NCBI GenBank assembly: GCA_964552565.1
Contig: CAZKGL010000002.1
Coordinates: 365-64,364 of the forward strand
DNA length: 64,000 bases
Reading direction: 5' to 3'
DNA from: an uncultured Gammaproteobacteria bacterium
GTDB lineage: Bacteria; Patescibacteriota; Patescibacteriia; UBA9934
The translations under genes were made by a program, and so were the position numbers. Under the pieces are notes generated by a model. The model was not told where the DNA came from, searched no databases, and was given only the letters and a program-made list of their open reading frames with translations. This document shows positions 35,568 to 45,353 of this stretch, piece by piece. The number at the start of each line of letters is the position of its first letter. Position 1 is the stretch's first letter.

Positions 35568-38500
35568 TTATAACGCAGCGTCCAGCGCGGGAGCCGACGG
35601 CTCTGTGGGGACCGGTGCTTCGACCGCGGCGTCCTCTGCAGGCTGCTCCTCGGCGACGGCCGGCGCAACAACGGGCTCTTCCGCAACAACCGGCTCGACG
35701 ATTTCCGCTTCTGCCGCCGCAGCTTCTTCACTCGCCGTCTCCCCTTCTGCAGAGACCTCCTCAATCGGCGCATCGGCAGCAGGGGTCTCCGCAACAGGTT
35801 CCTCGTCTCCGATCGGTTCGACCTCCACCGGCTCGGCAACCGCCTGTTCCGGCGTCAATTCTTCTGCTTCCGGAATGACGTCCGTCGGCAACGCCTCCTC
35901 CGGCGCAAGGACATCCTCGACGAGCTGCTCGGGCGCGAAGTCTTTGTGGTACGCAATGACGAGCCAGTCGACCGAAACACCGGTCGAGGACCCGGCTTCG
36001 CGGATGACAAAGCCGTCGATCGAGCGTTCCGCGACGTACAGCTGGCTCGTGGCGCCATACGGCGTCACGATGACGCGGTACGGCACGGTGTTGGCGATGA
36101 TGTTGCTGAACTCCGGGTCGACGTCGTCGAACTCGACATGCGCGCTGCCGCCGCGGAGCGTCGTCGTTCCCGAAAGCTGGATCGTCGTCTCACGGCCAAG
36201 CGCCGCGACGGTCGAAATCTCTTTCCCGTCGTAGCCGCGGACAAGGCTCGTCACGCGGCTGCGGGTCACGAAGTCGCCGCTCTCCGACAGGCTCCAGTTG
36301 CCGCCGATACCCGAGAGCGACGCGACCGACAGGATGCTGCCGCCGTTCATGTTCATCGATCCGGAAATATTCAGGTCGGTGACCGACGCAAGCTGGGAGG
36401 CGGTGTTCTCTGCGGCAGGCGCCTCCTCGACCGGACCACCGTCATAATACGAAGGGCGGATAAACGCGATAATCGCGCCGGTCGTGCCGCTCCACGCCTC
36501 CATGGCATAGCCGATGATCGGCCCGGCCTCGGTCGCTTTCATCGCGTAGCCCGCCTTGGTCGACGTGGTCAGTGGATCGCCGATCGCAATGGCGCCGTTT
36601 TCTCCGGAGACGTACGTCGGCACGCGACCGGCAAGGGCCACCGGGACGTGGCCAGGGAGGTTTTCACCGGCGAGGAAGCCCGGGCGCGTTGAAATAACGC
36701 CGGCAATACGGTCGTCGTACGCGATGCCGGTCGAGCGCTGTACCTCTTCGTCGTTTGCGGCAAACACCACGACTTCGCCAGCGGCGAGCGTTTGCTGCGA
36801 GGGGAACATTTCCGCGAAGTCATAGGAGCCCGTTCCCCATCCCGAGGCGTTCGTGCGCATGAAGTCCCCACCAGCCCCGGCCGAACCGTCGTAGGAGATG
36901 TATTTTGATGTTTGCAGCGTGCCCCGGTCGGACGGGTACAGCTTGCCCGCGATGGCGAGGTCGCCACCTTCGCCGATATACGCCACCTCCGCGCCGTTAT
37001 CGTTGACAACGGACAAGCGGTAGGCGTCGTCCCCGTTCGTCACCGACGTGCGGAGCGTCATGTCCTTCGCGACCGCCGTCCCGCCGCTCCAGCCCGAGCC
37101 CCGCAGCGCAATGCCCTGCGAGGCGTAGCTTGCCGATGCGGTCGCGGTGGCGAGCGGCGCAAGCACGAGATCGTCGCCTGATACGATGGCGCTGCCGTCG
37201 CTTGTGAGGACATCGCCGCCGTACCACTGCGGCTGCACAAGGACGCGAATGACGCCCGTGCCGCTTGCAAGCGGTTCGAGCGCAAAGCCGACGATGCGCG
37301 CCGGGCCATGCGACTTCGCGCCGTACCCCGTCGTCACTGACGAGTTGGTGATGGGGTCGCCGATGGCGATCGCCCCTTCGCCCGCGTTCACGAGCGTGTC
37401 AATCTGGCCGACCATACCGATTTTCCGGTAGTTCGGGTCGTTGCTCATGTCCTCGCTCGCGCCGCGGAAGTTGTTTCCGACGAACGCCGCATTCGTCGAC
37501 ACGACACCCATGACGTACGCGTCGCTCCCTGGGTCGCACCGGCGCACCGATTCGGCGACCGCGGGGTCCTGGCAGACGACATGATAATCGCCAAGCGACG
37601 CATCGCTCGTCTTGAAGAATTCGGCGTAGTCGGCACCGGCCGTGTACGCCGCGCCATCGCCAAACACATCGCCGTCGCTCTCGACGCGGAACTCCGTATC
37701 TGGCGTGCCGTCCGCGTCCGAACGGGCGATGATCATATTTTCACTTCCCGAACCCTCCATGACATCAATGACGAGCGCGTTGTTGCCGATGGAATTTGCA
37801 ACGTGCGCGCTCAGCGTGCTTTGGGCGATGTACAGGCCAACCGAATTACCGCCACCCAGGTTGTCGATGACAAGGGCGTCGGCATCGACGCCGGCGCCGG
37901 TATCGTTCTGCGTGACGCGGAACAGCGATCCGTCGAAATCCGCCCCACTGTCCGCGCGCGAGATTTGGAAGCCGATGCCACTGGTCAACGAGTCCAATAC
38001 CATCGATGCAGCGGTAGTAGTCGTCACGGCGCTGGTAAAACCGAACGTATCCGTGCCGCTCGTGTCGCCGAACGTGACCGAACCGTCGGTTTCCAGGGCA
38101 TCGGTGATGAACAGGTCCCCCGCGCCGGTCGCAAGCCCTGGGACGTCCGGCGTACCGTCCGCGTCAATCTGCACACGCGACCCGGAAAAATAGCCGGCGA
38201 AATTCTGACCGGCGCCGCCCGACGCCTCAGCCCAGACGCCGTAACGGTTCGTCCCCGCGACCGTATTGCCAAAACGGCCGGCATACGAGCTCGTCAGCGT
38301 TCCCGCGCCCGTAGTGACTTGTCCGAAAACGCCAACCGCCGTCGAAACCGTACCCGCCGACGCGCTGACCGTGCCGTTCACGCCGTACAGTGACGCGACG
38401 GTCGCGGCGGCTCCGTGCAGCGCGACGCCTTCAAGCGAGGCGAGATATCCCGACCCCTGCACCAAACTTGCGTTTGTCGAGTTATTCGTCAAATAGAAAC

Positions 38501-40070
38501 GGCCGGCGTAGGCGTTCGTCACGGTCGCCGTGGACCCGTTGAGCACCAAGTTACTCAAGATGCCGCCGGTCACGTGGTCGGTGCTGGTCGTATTTTCAAT
38601 CGCCGAGTAGGTGTTGCTGACGCCCAGCGAATAAAACTCGATTGTGTTGAGGTTGGGACTGCTCGTGCCGGTAAACGTAGAGTCGAGGTTAAACTCTTCG
38701 TTCAATCCGAGCGCCACGCTCGGCAGCTGCCCGTTGCCGGTGAACGTGAAGTTCCCGCCGGTCATGCTGAAACGGTCGTCGTCCGTAAAACTGAACGTAC
38801 CCGAGTCCGCCGCGTCCGAGGCGTACATGACGATGCTCGGGTCGTTGGTATCGCTCGCGCCATCACCGATGCGGACGGTGTTCGTGCCGTCGTCCACGGA
38901 AAATGGCGCGATCAGCGCGTTTGCGCCGACCGCGAAATCATCCCCCGCCGTGACATACACGAGCCCACTCCCGTTCGGGTTGATGCTGATATCGCCGCCA
39001 GACGACGAAAGAATCATGGAGGAAGTCGAGGTAATTTGCCCGCCATTGACCGCGAGGTTGTTCGCGGTGGTAATGAGGCCGTTCGCCGCGATCTGCCAGT
39101 CGTCACCGCCAATGACCGTCGTCGTCGTCGAGGCGTTCACGTTGCCGATGGTGATGATGTCCGCGCTCGTGTTGTGTGTCGCAATATTCACCGTCGTGGT
39201 GCCATCCGACGTCACGCCGCCGATGTCGATCGTGCTCGTCGTCGCCGCGTCGGCAATATTGAGCGCCGTTGCCGCGGACGCCATGTTCACCGTCGTGGCG
39301 TTTGCGGTGATGAAATTAAACGTCGACGCAGTCGTCGTGAAGTCGCCGCCGTTGACGCTCATGTCTCCGAGGTGCACCGCGTCTCCCTCGCCATCAACCA
39401 AAAATCGCAACGCCCCCCCGACGGCAATGCCGAACAACGTCTCATCGGCCGCGACAACGCCCGCTCCAGGGTTGATCAATACCGAACCGCCCGAAACGTC
39501 CGAGCTCTGCGGGCTTCCGGTCACTACCAAGTTCCCAAACGGATCGAAAACAGGGACGAGCGCCGACGTACCGCCGACCTGCGTGGTAGTAAACCCGTCA
39601 ACCGTATCCGCGTTCATGGCGTACGGCGCCGCGACGATCTGCTTGCGCGGAGTCAGCGTCTCGCCGGCGATGATGACCTCGAGGTAGACCGTTGCGTTAT
39701 CGGCAAACACGCTGTCGTTGATTGCGGCGTACGGCGTCGCAGCGCCGGTGTCGCCGAGGTTTTCGCTGAAAAGGCCGTCTGTGAGCGTCACCGTGCGCGC
39801 GACGACCGACGCGCAAGTCGCCGAGTTGTTGGACCACAGGCACGTGCCGCCCGATGACGCGGTATACAGCGCAAAGGAGATACTCGCGGTCGCGTCCGAG
39901 ACCGGGACGCCGTTCGCGTTCAGCACGCGGCCCTGGTACGAAAGAATGTTCGGTGCGGAAACGGCCGATACGCCCGAAACCGCGAGCAGTGTCGCGCCCA
40001 AAAACACCAAACACGCCAGGAGCATACTGGCGATGCGTCGGCGCATGGTAGTCGCAGCGGTCACGGTCAT
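35568..40070 (-). CDS. 1500-aa secreted fibre/adhesin-like protein with two peptidase G2-like autocleavage domains
   Basis: Signal peptide; SYQGR..GLFS..PR..APYA N-domain; Gly/Thr/Ser-rich body; DYAE and DFAE domains; acidic tail. Confidence 0.8.
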   Translation of the reverse strand: MTVTAATTMRRRIASMLLACLVFLGATLLAVSGVSAVSAPNILSYQGRVLNANGVPVSDATASISFALYTASSGGTCLWSNNSATCASVVARTVTLTDGLFSENLGDTGAATPYAAINDSVFADNATVYLEVIIAGETLTPRKQIVAAPYAMNADTVDGFTTTQVGGTSALVPVFDPFGNLVVTGSPQSSDVSGGSVLINPGAGVVAADETLFGIAVGGALRFLVDGEGDAVHLGDMSVNGGDFTTTASTFNFITANATTVNMASAATALNIADAATTSTIDIGGVTSDGTTTVNIATHNTSADIITIGNVNASTTTTVIGGDDWQIAANGLITTANNLAVNGGQITSTSSMILSSSGGDISINPNGSGLVYVTAGDDFAVGANALIAPFSVDDGTNTVRIGDGASDTNDPSIVMYASDAADSGTFSFTDDDRFSMTGGNFTFTGNGQLPSVALGLNEEFNLDSTFTGTSSPNLNTIEFYSLGVSNTYSAIENTTSTDHVTGGILSNLVLNGSTATVTNAYAGRFYLTNNSTNASLVQGSGYLASLEGVALHGAAATVASLYGVNGTVSASAGTVSTAVGVFGQVTTGAGTLTSSYAGRFGNTVAGTNRYGVWAEASGGAGQNFAGYFSGSRVQIDADGTPDVPGLATGAGDLFITDALETDGSVTFGDTSGTDTFGFTSAVTTTTAASMVLDSLTSGIGFQISRADSGADFDGSLFRVTQNDTGAGVDADALVIDNLGGGNSVGLYIAQSTLSAHVANSIGNNALVIDVMEGSGSENMIIARSDADGTPDTEFRVESDGDVFGDGAAYTAGADYAEFFKTSDASLGDYHVVCQDPAVAESVRRCDPGSDAYVMGVVSTNAAFVGNNFRGASEDMSNDPNYRKIGMVGQIDTLVNAGEGAIAIGDPITNSSVTTGYGAKSHGPARIVGFALEPLASGTGVIRVLVQPQWYGGDVLTSDGSAIVSGDDLVLAPLATATASASYASQGIALRGSGWSGGTAVAKDMTLRTSVTNGDDAYRLSVVNDNGAEVAYIGEGGDLAIAGKLYPSDRGTLQTSKYISYDGSAGAGGDFMRTNASGWGTGSYDFAEMFPSQQTLAAGEVVVFAANDEEVQRSTGIAYDDRIAGVISTRPGFLAGENLPGHVPVALAGRVPTYVSGENGAIAIGDPLTTSTKAGYAMKATEAGPIIGYAMEAWSGTTGAIIAFIRPSYYDGGPVEEAPAAENTASQLASVTDLNISGSMNMNGGSILSVASLSGIGGNWSLSESGDFVTRSRVTSLVRGYDGKEISTVAALGRETTIQLSGTTTLRGGSAHVEFDDVDPEFSNIIANTVPYRVIVTPYGATSQLYVAERSIDGFVIREAGSSTGVSVDWLVIAYHKDFAPEQLVEDVLAPEEALPTDVIPEAEELTPEQAVAEPVEVEPIGDEEPVAETPAADAPIEEVSAEGETASEEAAAAEAEIVEPVVAEEPVVAPAVAEEQPAEDAAVEAPVPTEPSAPALDAAL

Positions 40071-42634
40071 ACGTCCCCCTTTGCTTCCTCAATCGGGACG
40101 TCGAGCGCAAGCGCGGTCGGCTCCTGCTTTCCGCGGTAGTCGATCGGCTTCACCATTTTCTCGGTGTACCCGGGCTTGCTGTACGTCACGTAGTACTCGC
40201 TTGGCCCGACAAGGAATGCATAACGTCCGAAACGGTCCGTCAGGACGGTTTCGACGAGCTTATTATACGTCGGTTCGAACAACCTGACGACCGCGTTGCC
40301 CACAGGTTCGCGCGAGTCCTTGTCGTACACGATGCCCCACCCCTTCGGCTTGCGTCCCTTGGCAAGACGGCGCACGAGAAGGTACACGCCAACTTGCACC
40401 GCACACATGATACCGGCAAACCACGACGGCGTAATGATGAATACCCCGGCGGCAAGCATGATGCCGACAATGGCAACGACCTGCTGGAAGGCGCGGAGGA
40501 AACGTTTCAGCGCGACATCGCGCGGCGTGACAACCGCGGCGTCGTTTGCCGGATCAAGCGGGATGTTCGCCGCGATGACTGCATCCTTCTCCGTGACAAC
40601 AATCTCCTGGCCGGTGTAGACGTCGAGATAGACGCCATCGTCCTTCCGGTCTTTCAAGATCGCGCTTGGGAAGGCGAATCCCGGCTTCGTCACCTCGATC
40701 GCATAGGTGCCGGGCGCGACGGAAAGGAGGTATTTCCCCTTTTGGTCAGTGACGACGCTGCGGACCAGCCGATGCTCCGGCATGGCGAAAAGGCGGATAA
40801 TCGCGAGGTCGACCGGCAACTTCGTCGCGGCGTTATACACGGTACCGAACGCCTTGCGCTTCCGGCGCGCGAAAAACAAGATCGGCGAGGTAAACAAGTA
40901 CTGGAGGAATGGGAGGAGGTTGAACGACGAGGCAAGCACCGCGACCGAGGTACCGGCGAGCACAACCGTGGTCGGCGCGGCGATGTCTGCCGCAACCTGG
41001 ACCTCCGGAATTTCGCGGATCGCTTCGACCGCCTCCGCCACGCTCGCCACTGCGGCGACGGCGATCGCGACCGGTGTGGACGACGTTGCAACGGGCGTCA
41101 CGTCTTCTGGCACGACGTCATCTTCGGCAAGACGCATCAGCTCAATCGATGGCGCGAGGATGTGGTCGCGCACCGCGATCTGTCCGCTAGTGCCATCCTC
41201 ATACCCCGACTTCCCCGCCGACACGATGTACGTGCCGTTCGGGACATACCACGCAAACGCACCGCTGTCGCCGAGCGTCACGGGGTTGCTTGCCCCGTAC
41301 AGCGACGCGTCCCATGCCACGCGCGCGCCGCCACGGATCTCGTACACCGTGACGACCGCGCCGCCGACCGGCGTACGCTCGCCATCAACCACCTCATACA
41401 CGCTGCCGCTCCCGCGGACGTCGATAAAATACGTCTCCCGTTCTACCGTACCGTCCGCGTGCTCTACCTCGACCGTCAGCGCCGAGTCGGTCGCCGGGAC
41501 CGTCACCTCCGTGGCGTACGTGCCGTTGTCCGGCGTCAAGACGTACTCCTCGCCTTCAAAAAGCACGCGTACCTCTTCGGCGTCCCCGTCAACGTCGATG
41601 ATGACGGTCGTTTCTGTGCCGGCGATTGCGTCAAACGTATCGCCGTCCGGGTTGAGCGTGAGGCCACCGTCAACCACGATGACGGTATCGACATCGATCG
41701 TGTCCGATGACGACCCTGTGTCGTCCGCTTCGTCATCGCCGGCATCATCCCCCGAATCCGATGCGCCCGTATCCGAACCGCTGTCCGATGACGTACCGCC
41801 GTCGCCGCTTCCGCTCGACGACGTGCCCGAATCACCGCTCGACGTCTCACCACCCGAAGATTCCCCGCCAGTCGTCGTATCGGGCGACGAGGGCTCGGGC
41901 GTGGGCTCCGGCTCGGGCTCCGGCGTCGGCTCCGGCTCGGGCTCTGGCTCGGGTTCGGGTTCTGGCTCAGGTTCTGGCTCAGGCTCGGGCGTGGGCTCCG
42001 GCGTCGGCTCCGGTGAGGGAGTCGAAGAAGAGGAAGACGACGATGCTCCGCCGCTCGCAGACGGCAACACGGTTCCGGAAACTCCCTGCGCGTCTTTCGA
42101 CACGATCGGTACCGGCACATAGCCTGTGTCACCGAACGTGCCACCGATCGTAATGAAATGCATGCCCGCGACCGAGGGATTCGTGATGCGGTCTGTCCCG
42201 GTTCCGGACGCCGACGCGTTGGTGCCGATCTCGACCGTGACCACGCTGCCCGCGGCGATCGCACCGCCGTCGCCCGCGCAGATCGTCATCGTGAGGACGT
42301 CGGCAGCCATCGCCACCGATGCCTGTTCCGTTGCCGCGCAGTCGGCTGCGGTCGTGAGGTCGACGCCATCATCATCGATGTCCACGTCGTCTTCAGTGAT
42401 CAACGAAGTGTCGAACGATGGCGCAAAGGCGAACGTCACCGTTTCGCCCTCGTCGACCGCGCTCGCCACAGTCATGACGAGCTTATGGTTGGAGGCTTCG
42501 GAAACAACGAGCGACGACGGCTGGTCGTACGCATCGGTGACGGTGGCGGCAACGGCGGCAGATGCAAAAAGCAGGCACACTCCTCCGAGCGCGCCGACAA
42601 GCGAGCGCAACACTGCAACCCACCGGTTGCTCAT
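40067..42634 (-). CDS. Surface protein with Pro-Glu linker, carboxypeptidase-regulatory-like domains and TM helices
   Basis: Signal peptide, (PE)n, repeated G.VY..PV..A.V.L..TD..G.Y motifs. Confidence 0.8.
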   Translation of the reverse strand: MSNRWVAVLRSLVGALGGVCLLFASAAVAATVTDAYDQPSSLVVSEASNHKLVMTVASAVDEGETVTFAFAPSFDTSLITEDDVDIDDDGVDLTTAADCAATEQASVAMAADVLTMTICAGDGGAIAAGSVVTVEIGTNASASGTGTDRITNPSVAGMHFITIGGTFGDTGYVPVPIVSKDAQGVSGTVLPSASGGASSSSSSSTPSPEPTPEPTPEPEPEPEPEPEPEPEPEPEPTPEPEPEPTPEPSSPDTTTGGESSGGETSSGDSGTSSSGSGDGGTSSDSGSDTGASDSGDDAGDDEADDTGSSSDTIDVDTVIVVDGGLTLNPDGDTFDAIAGTETTVIIDVDGDAEEVRVLFEGEEYVLTPDNGTYATEVTVPATDSALTVEVEHADGTVERETYFIDVRGSGSVYEVVDGERTPVGGAVVTVYEIRGGARVAWDASLYGASNPVTLGDSGAFAWYVPNGTYIVSAGKSGYEDGTSGQIAVRDHILAPSIELMRLAEDDVVPEDVTPVATSSTPVAIAVAAVASVAEAVEAIREIPEVQVAADIAAPTTVVLAGTSVAVLASSFNLLPFLQYLFTSPILFFARRKRKAFGTVYNAATKLPVDLAIIRLFAMPEHRLVRSVVTDQKGKYLLSVAPGTYAIEVTKPGFAFPSAILKDRKDDGVYLDVYTGQEIVVTEKDAVIAANIPLDPANDAAVVTPRDVALKRFLRAFQQVVAIVGIMLAAGVFIITPSWFAGIMCAVQVGVYLLVRRLAKGRKPKGWGIVYDKDSREPVGNAVVRLFEPTYNKLVETVLTDRFGRYAFLVGPSEYYVTYSKPGYTEKMVKPIDYRGKQEPTALALDVPIEEAKGDV
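41891..42013 (-). repeat. Coding Pro-Glu/Pro-Thr hexamer repeat
   Basis: PEPTPEPTPEPEPEPE.. with synonymous variation. Confidence 0.9.
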
Positions 42635-42642
42635 ACGTGAAA

Positions 42643-43521
42643 TTACCTCCTCGCGCGCACAAAGACGTAGGCGCCCGCAGCGATGCCGCCGACAAGGAAG
42701 ACGCGCCACGGGAAGACCACGACGCGCGTGGTCTCGGTGAACGCCGCCTCTCCGCCGGGGTACGGTGCCGCCAACAACTCTGCCGTGAACACGCCGACAC
42801 GGAAGTCGACGATCTCACGCCAAAGTTTTTGGAACACGTTTCGCTCCCCCTCCGCATCGCCCCACGACACAGTATAAGCGCGTTCATGGCCTGCGGGAAT
42901 GCGCCGGAGCGCGGGATTGATGTCGTATGTCGCGACCTCCCCGCCGAACGTGTTGCGGATCGTCACCGTCCCGTACGGTTGCAGGACGCGCTCGCCGTCG
43001 TTGACGATGGTGACGGTGACATCAACCGGCAGGCCGGATGTCAGGCCTGGTGTCGCGTCCATCGACCGCACGCCGCCGGACCATTCCGGCGATCCGACCG
43101 TCATAAAGACGAGGCTGCTGACCCCCGCGGTGATTGTCACCCCCTCCCCGTCCTCAAGCTCGCGAACGACGAGCCCAACGACGAGCGAGTCCGCCGACGT
43201 GCCTTCTGGCGGCGCGACCGTCAACGCAATATCCTTTTCCCCGCCCGCGGCGACAGAAAAATTATAGGCATCGAGCGCCATCCACGCGGCGACGTCTTGA
43301 TGCAGCGGGCCAAACGACGGCTCTCCGGTTTCGGCATCGAGCGTCACGGCATACAGGCTCGCCGCATAGTCATGTGCAACCTCGTCGGTATTGGTCAGGG
43401 TGAATGTCGATGCGAGCCCTTCACCCGGCATGACGGAAAAATCCGAGACCATCGGCGCAAATGTCATCGCCGACGCGGCATGCGGCATGAGCAACGCGAG
43501 CATGAAGACGAGCATCCGCAT
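42643..43521 (-). CDS. DUF916/WxL-partner-like surface protein with C-terminal TM
   Basis: Signal peptide, PGE..LTN, NDGE..PYGTVTI.N.FG, C-terminal PW-TM-RARR. Confidence 0.6.
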   Translation of the reverse strand: MRMLVFMLALLMPHAASAMTFAPMVSDFSVMPGEGLASTFTLTNTDEVAHDYAASLYAVTLDAETGEPSFGPLHQDVAAWMALDAYNFSVAAGGEKDIALTVAPPEGTSADSLVVGLVVRELEDGEGVTITAGVSSLVFMTVGSPEWSGGVRSMDATPGLTSGLPVDVTVTIVNDGERVLQPYGTVTIRNTFGGEVATYDINPALRRIPAGHERAYTVSWGDAEGERNVFQKLWREIVDFRVGVFTAELLAAPYPGGEAAFTETTRVVVFPWRVFLVGGIAAGAYVFVRARR

Positions 43522-43522
43522 A

Positions 43523-44437
43523 CTAGTAGTCGCCGACATAGATCGCGGTCAGTGTGTGGCTGTATCCCCCCGACGTAAATCCATTCGCCACGCTCACTTT
43601 TAACGTCACAAAATCGCGCTCCTCGTATGCGTTATTGCTGCGGCTCGCAACTTGCTGCAGCGACGTCGTAATTCCCGTGTCCTGGGTGTCAAACGTCGAC
43701 GACGCAAGCGAGGCATCCGAGGCGCGCGCGCCATACTCGGTTGATCCCGCAGTCACCGTGCCGTCGCTGACGTCCGTGATCGTCGACGGCCCACTAGCGA
43801 GCAAATCTTGGTTTTCAAACAGGTAGACGTTATACCCCTGGCTCACGTCGGCAGTGACCTCCCAGCCGATGACCGCGGTAGAAACCGCGGAGCTGGTAAT
43901 CGTGCCGAAATCAATCGCGTCTCCGGTCAACTCATACACGTAATCGCCCGACCCATCGATAGTCGGCGACCCCCCGTCAAAAAAATCCACGGTAATGACG
44001 GTCGCAGTCACCCCCGTCACCTTGCCGATTGCAGAAACCTGCGATACACCCTCGTCTTGCACGACGAGCACATAGTCTCCGTCGCTGATACCCGTCGTGG
44101 TCGTGACGGTGACGGTCGTCGTCGTCATAGCCGTTACAGCGACCTGTGTCGACCGTTTCTGCGTGAGAACGTCAAAATCCACGATCGGATCATAAATACC
44201 CGCGCGATACCCGTCCGTCACTTGGTATGTGCTCCCCGAGGACGTCCCACCGACCGTGCCAAGGCTGCTTCGGAGTTTATAACTCGCCGATGTCGCCGTA
44301 TCGATCCCACCGACACCGACGGAGTCCCAGAGAATCTGATAGTTCGTCGACGTCATCGCCGCGAACACCGCAGGGATATCAAAAGAAAGTAACGCTAAAA
44401 CTGTCATGGCAATAAGGAAATCCGTACGCCGTGCCAT
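43523..44437 (-). CDS. Secreted Thr/Ser-rich protein (possibly WxL-like)
   Basis: Signal peptide then MTSTNYQI..DS..GG; C-terminal GGYSHTLT.I. Confidence 0.65.
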   Translation of the reverse strand: MARRTDFLIAMTVLALLSFDIPAVFAAMTSTNYQILWDSVGVGGIDTATSASYKLRSSLGTVGGTSSGSTYQVTDGYRAGIYDPIVDFDVLTQKRSTQVAVTAMTTTTVTVTTTTGISDGDYVLVVQDEGVSQVSAIGKVTGVTATVITVDFFDGGSPTIDGSGDYVYELTGDAIDFGTITSSAVSTAVIGWEVTADVSQGYNVYLFENQDLLASGPSTITDVSDGTVTAGSTEYGARASDASLASSTFDTQDTGITTSLQQVASRSNNAYEERDFVTLKVSVANGFTSGGYSHTLTAIYVGDY

Positions 44438-44493
44438 ACGACATCCATTTTACCGTCAGCGCTAAGTAAACGAAAGAAAATCGGGTGGATACA

Positions 44494-44502
44494 TGTGGAT
44501 AA
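44494..44502. promoter_or_regulatory. DnaA box in an AT-rich intergenic region
   Basis: TGTGGATAA; near-match ATATCCACA at 44652-44660. Confidence 0.5.
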
Positions 44503-44662
44503 AAAAATGGTTCAAAAACCAATCAATCGCTTACCTTCTACATTTTGTCAACTCTAGAGTAGACAAAATATGTATATTATCGACGAGATCCGATCTACTT
44601 TTTGTGGTATGGACACATCATTTGCTCAAATAGTGTGCAACCTACACTAAGATATCCACACA

Positions 44663-44678
44663 TGTTTCATGTGAAACA
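44663..44678. promoter_or_regulatory. parS site
   Basis: TGTTTCATGTGAAACA, one mismatch to TGTTTCACGTGAAACA. Confidence 0.88.
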
Positions 44679-44769
44679 CATGCAAGCATACCTCTTAAAG
44701 ACGCGAAGATTTCGAAAACGTTACACCGAGCCATAACGAAAAAACGACGGGGGTTCCGTCATTTTTTCG

Positions 44770-44845
44770 TGGTGGACCTGAGCGGATTCGAACCGCTGAC
44801 CTCCGCAATGCGAATGCGGCGCTCTACCAACTGAGCCACAGGCCC
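44770..44845 (-). tRNA. tRNA-Ala(CGC)
   Basis: G3:U70, CCGCA-TT CGC AT-TGCGG, encoded CCA. Confidence 0.95.
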
Positions 44846-44974
44846 GTGTGCTCGCTTTCCGACGGATTGCCGTTCGGACTCGCGAATCTGTAAGTGTGCC
44901 GCTCGTCCTCACTTTCATCCGTCGCCGCTCGCGTTCGTCTCGCTTTGCTCGACGACTGGCGCAGGATGAGACAA

Positions 44975-44990
44975 TGTTTCACATGAAACA
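44975..44990. promoter_or_regulatory. parS site
   Basis: TGTTTCACATGAAACA. Confidence 0.88.
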
Positions 44991-45162
44991 TTATCTAACT
45001 GCCAATTTGCCCATGCAGGTATAGACAAGATTACCCGTACATTCCAGAGCTCAGTAAATGGTCGAGTACAAGGAACGGGATGTTTTTGCCGAGACGTACT
45101 TTGACGTACGTTGAGGCAAAAACAGGGACCCGTGACACAGTAATCGGCCATTTAATGAGCTC

Positions 45163-45239
45163 TGGTGACCTCGGCAGGAGTTGAACCTGCAACCTTGTCC
45201 TTAGGACGGACCTGCTCTATCCAATTGAGCTACGAGGTC
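45163..45239 (-). tRNA. tRNA-Arg(CCT)
   Basis: GACCTCG acceptor, A20, anticodon CCT, encoded CCA. Confidence 0.92.
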
Positions 45240-45353
45240 GCATGTTCGGCTCATGTGTCGTAAAACACATATCTGCCGGTTGTGCTATACTGAGGTTTCC
45301 GACAACAGAACAAATGCGGTCAAAGTATAGCCTTGGTAATCCCTTTGGTCAAT

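Noticed and set aside
41891-42013. Phase-variable or DGR-type repeat
   Set aside because: In-frame hexamer repeat with synonymous variation encoding an ordinary Pro-Glu linker; no reverse transcriptase in the window.
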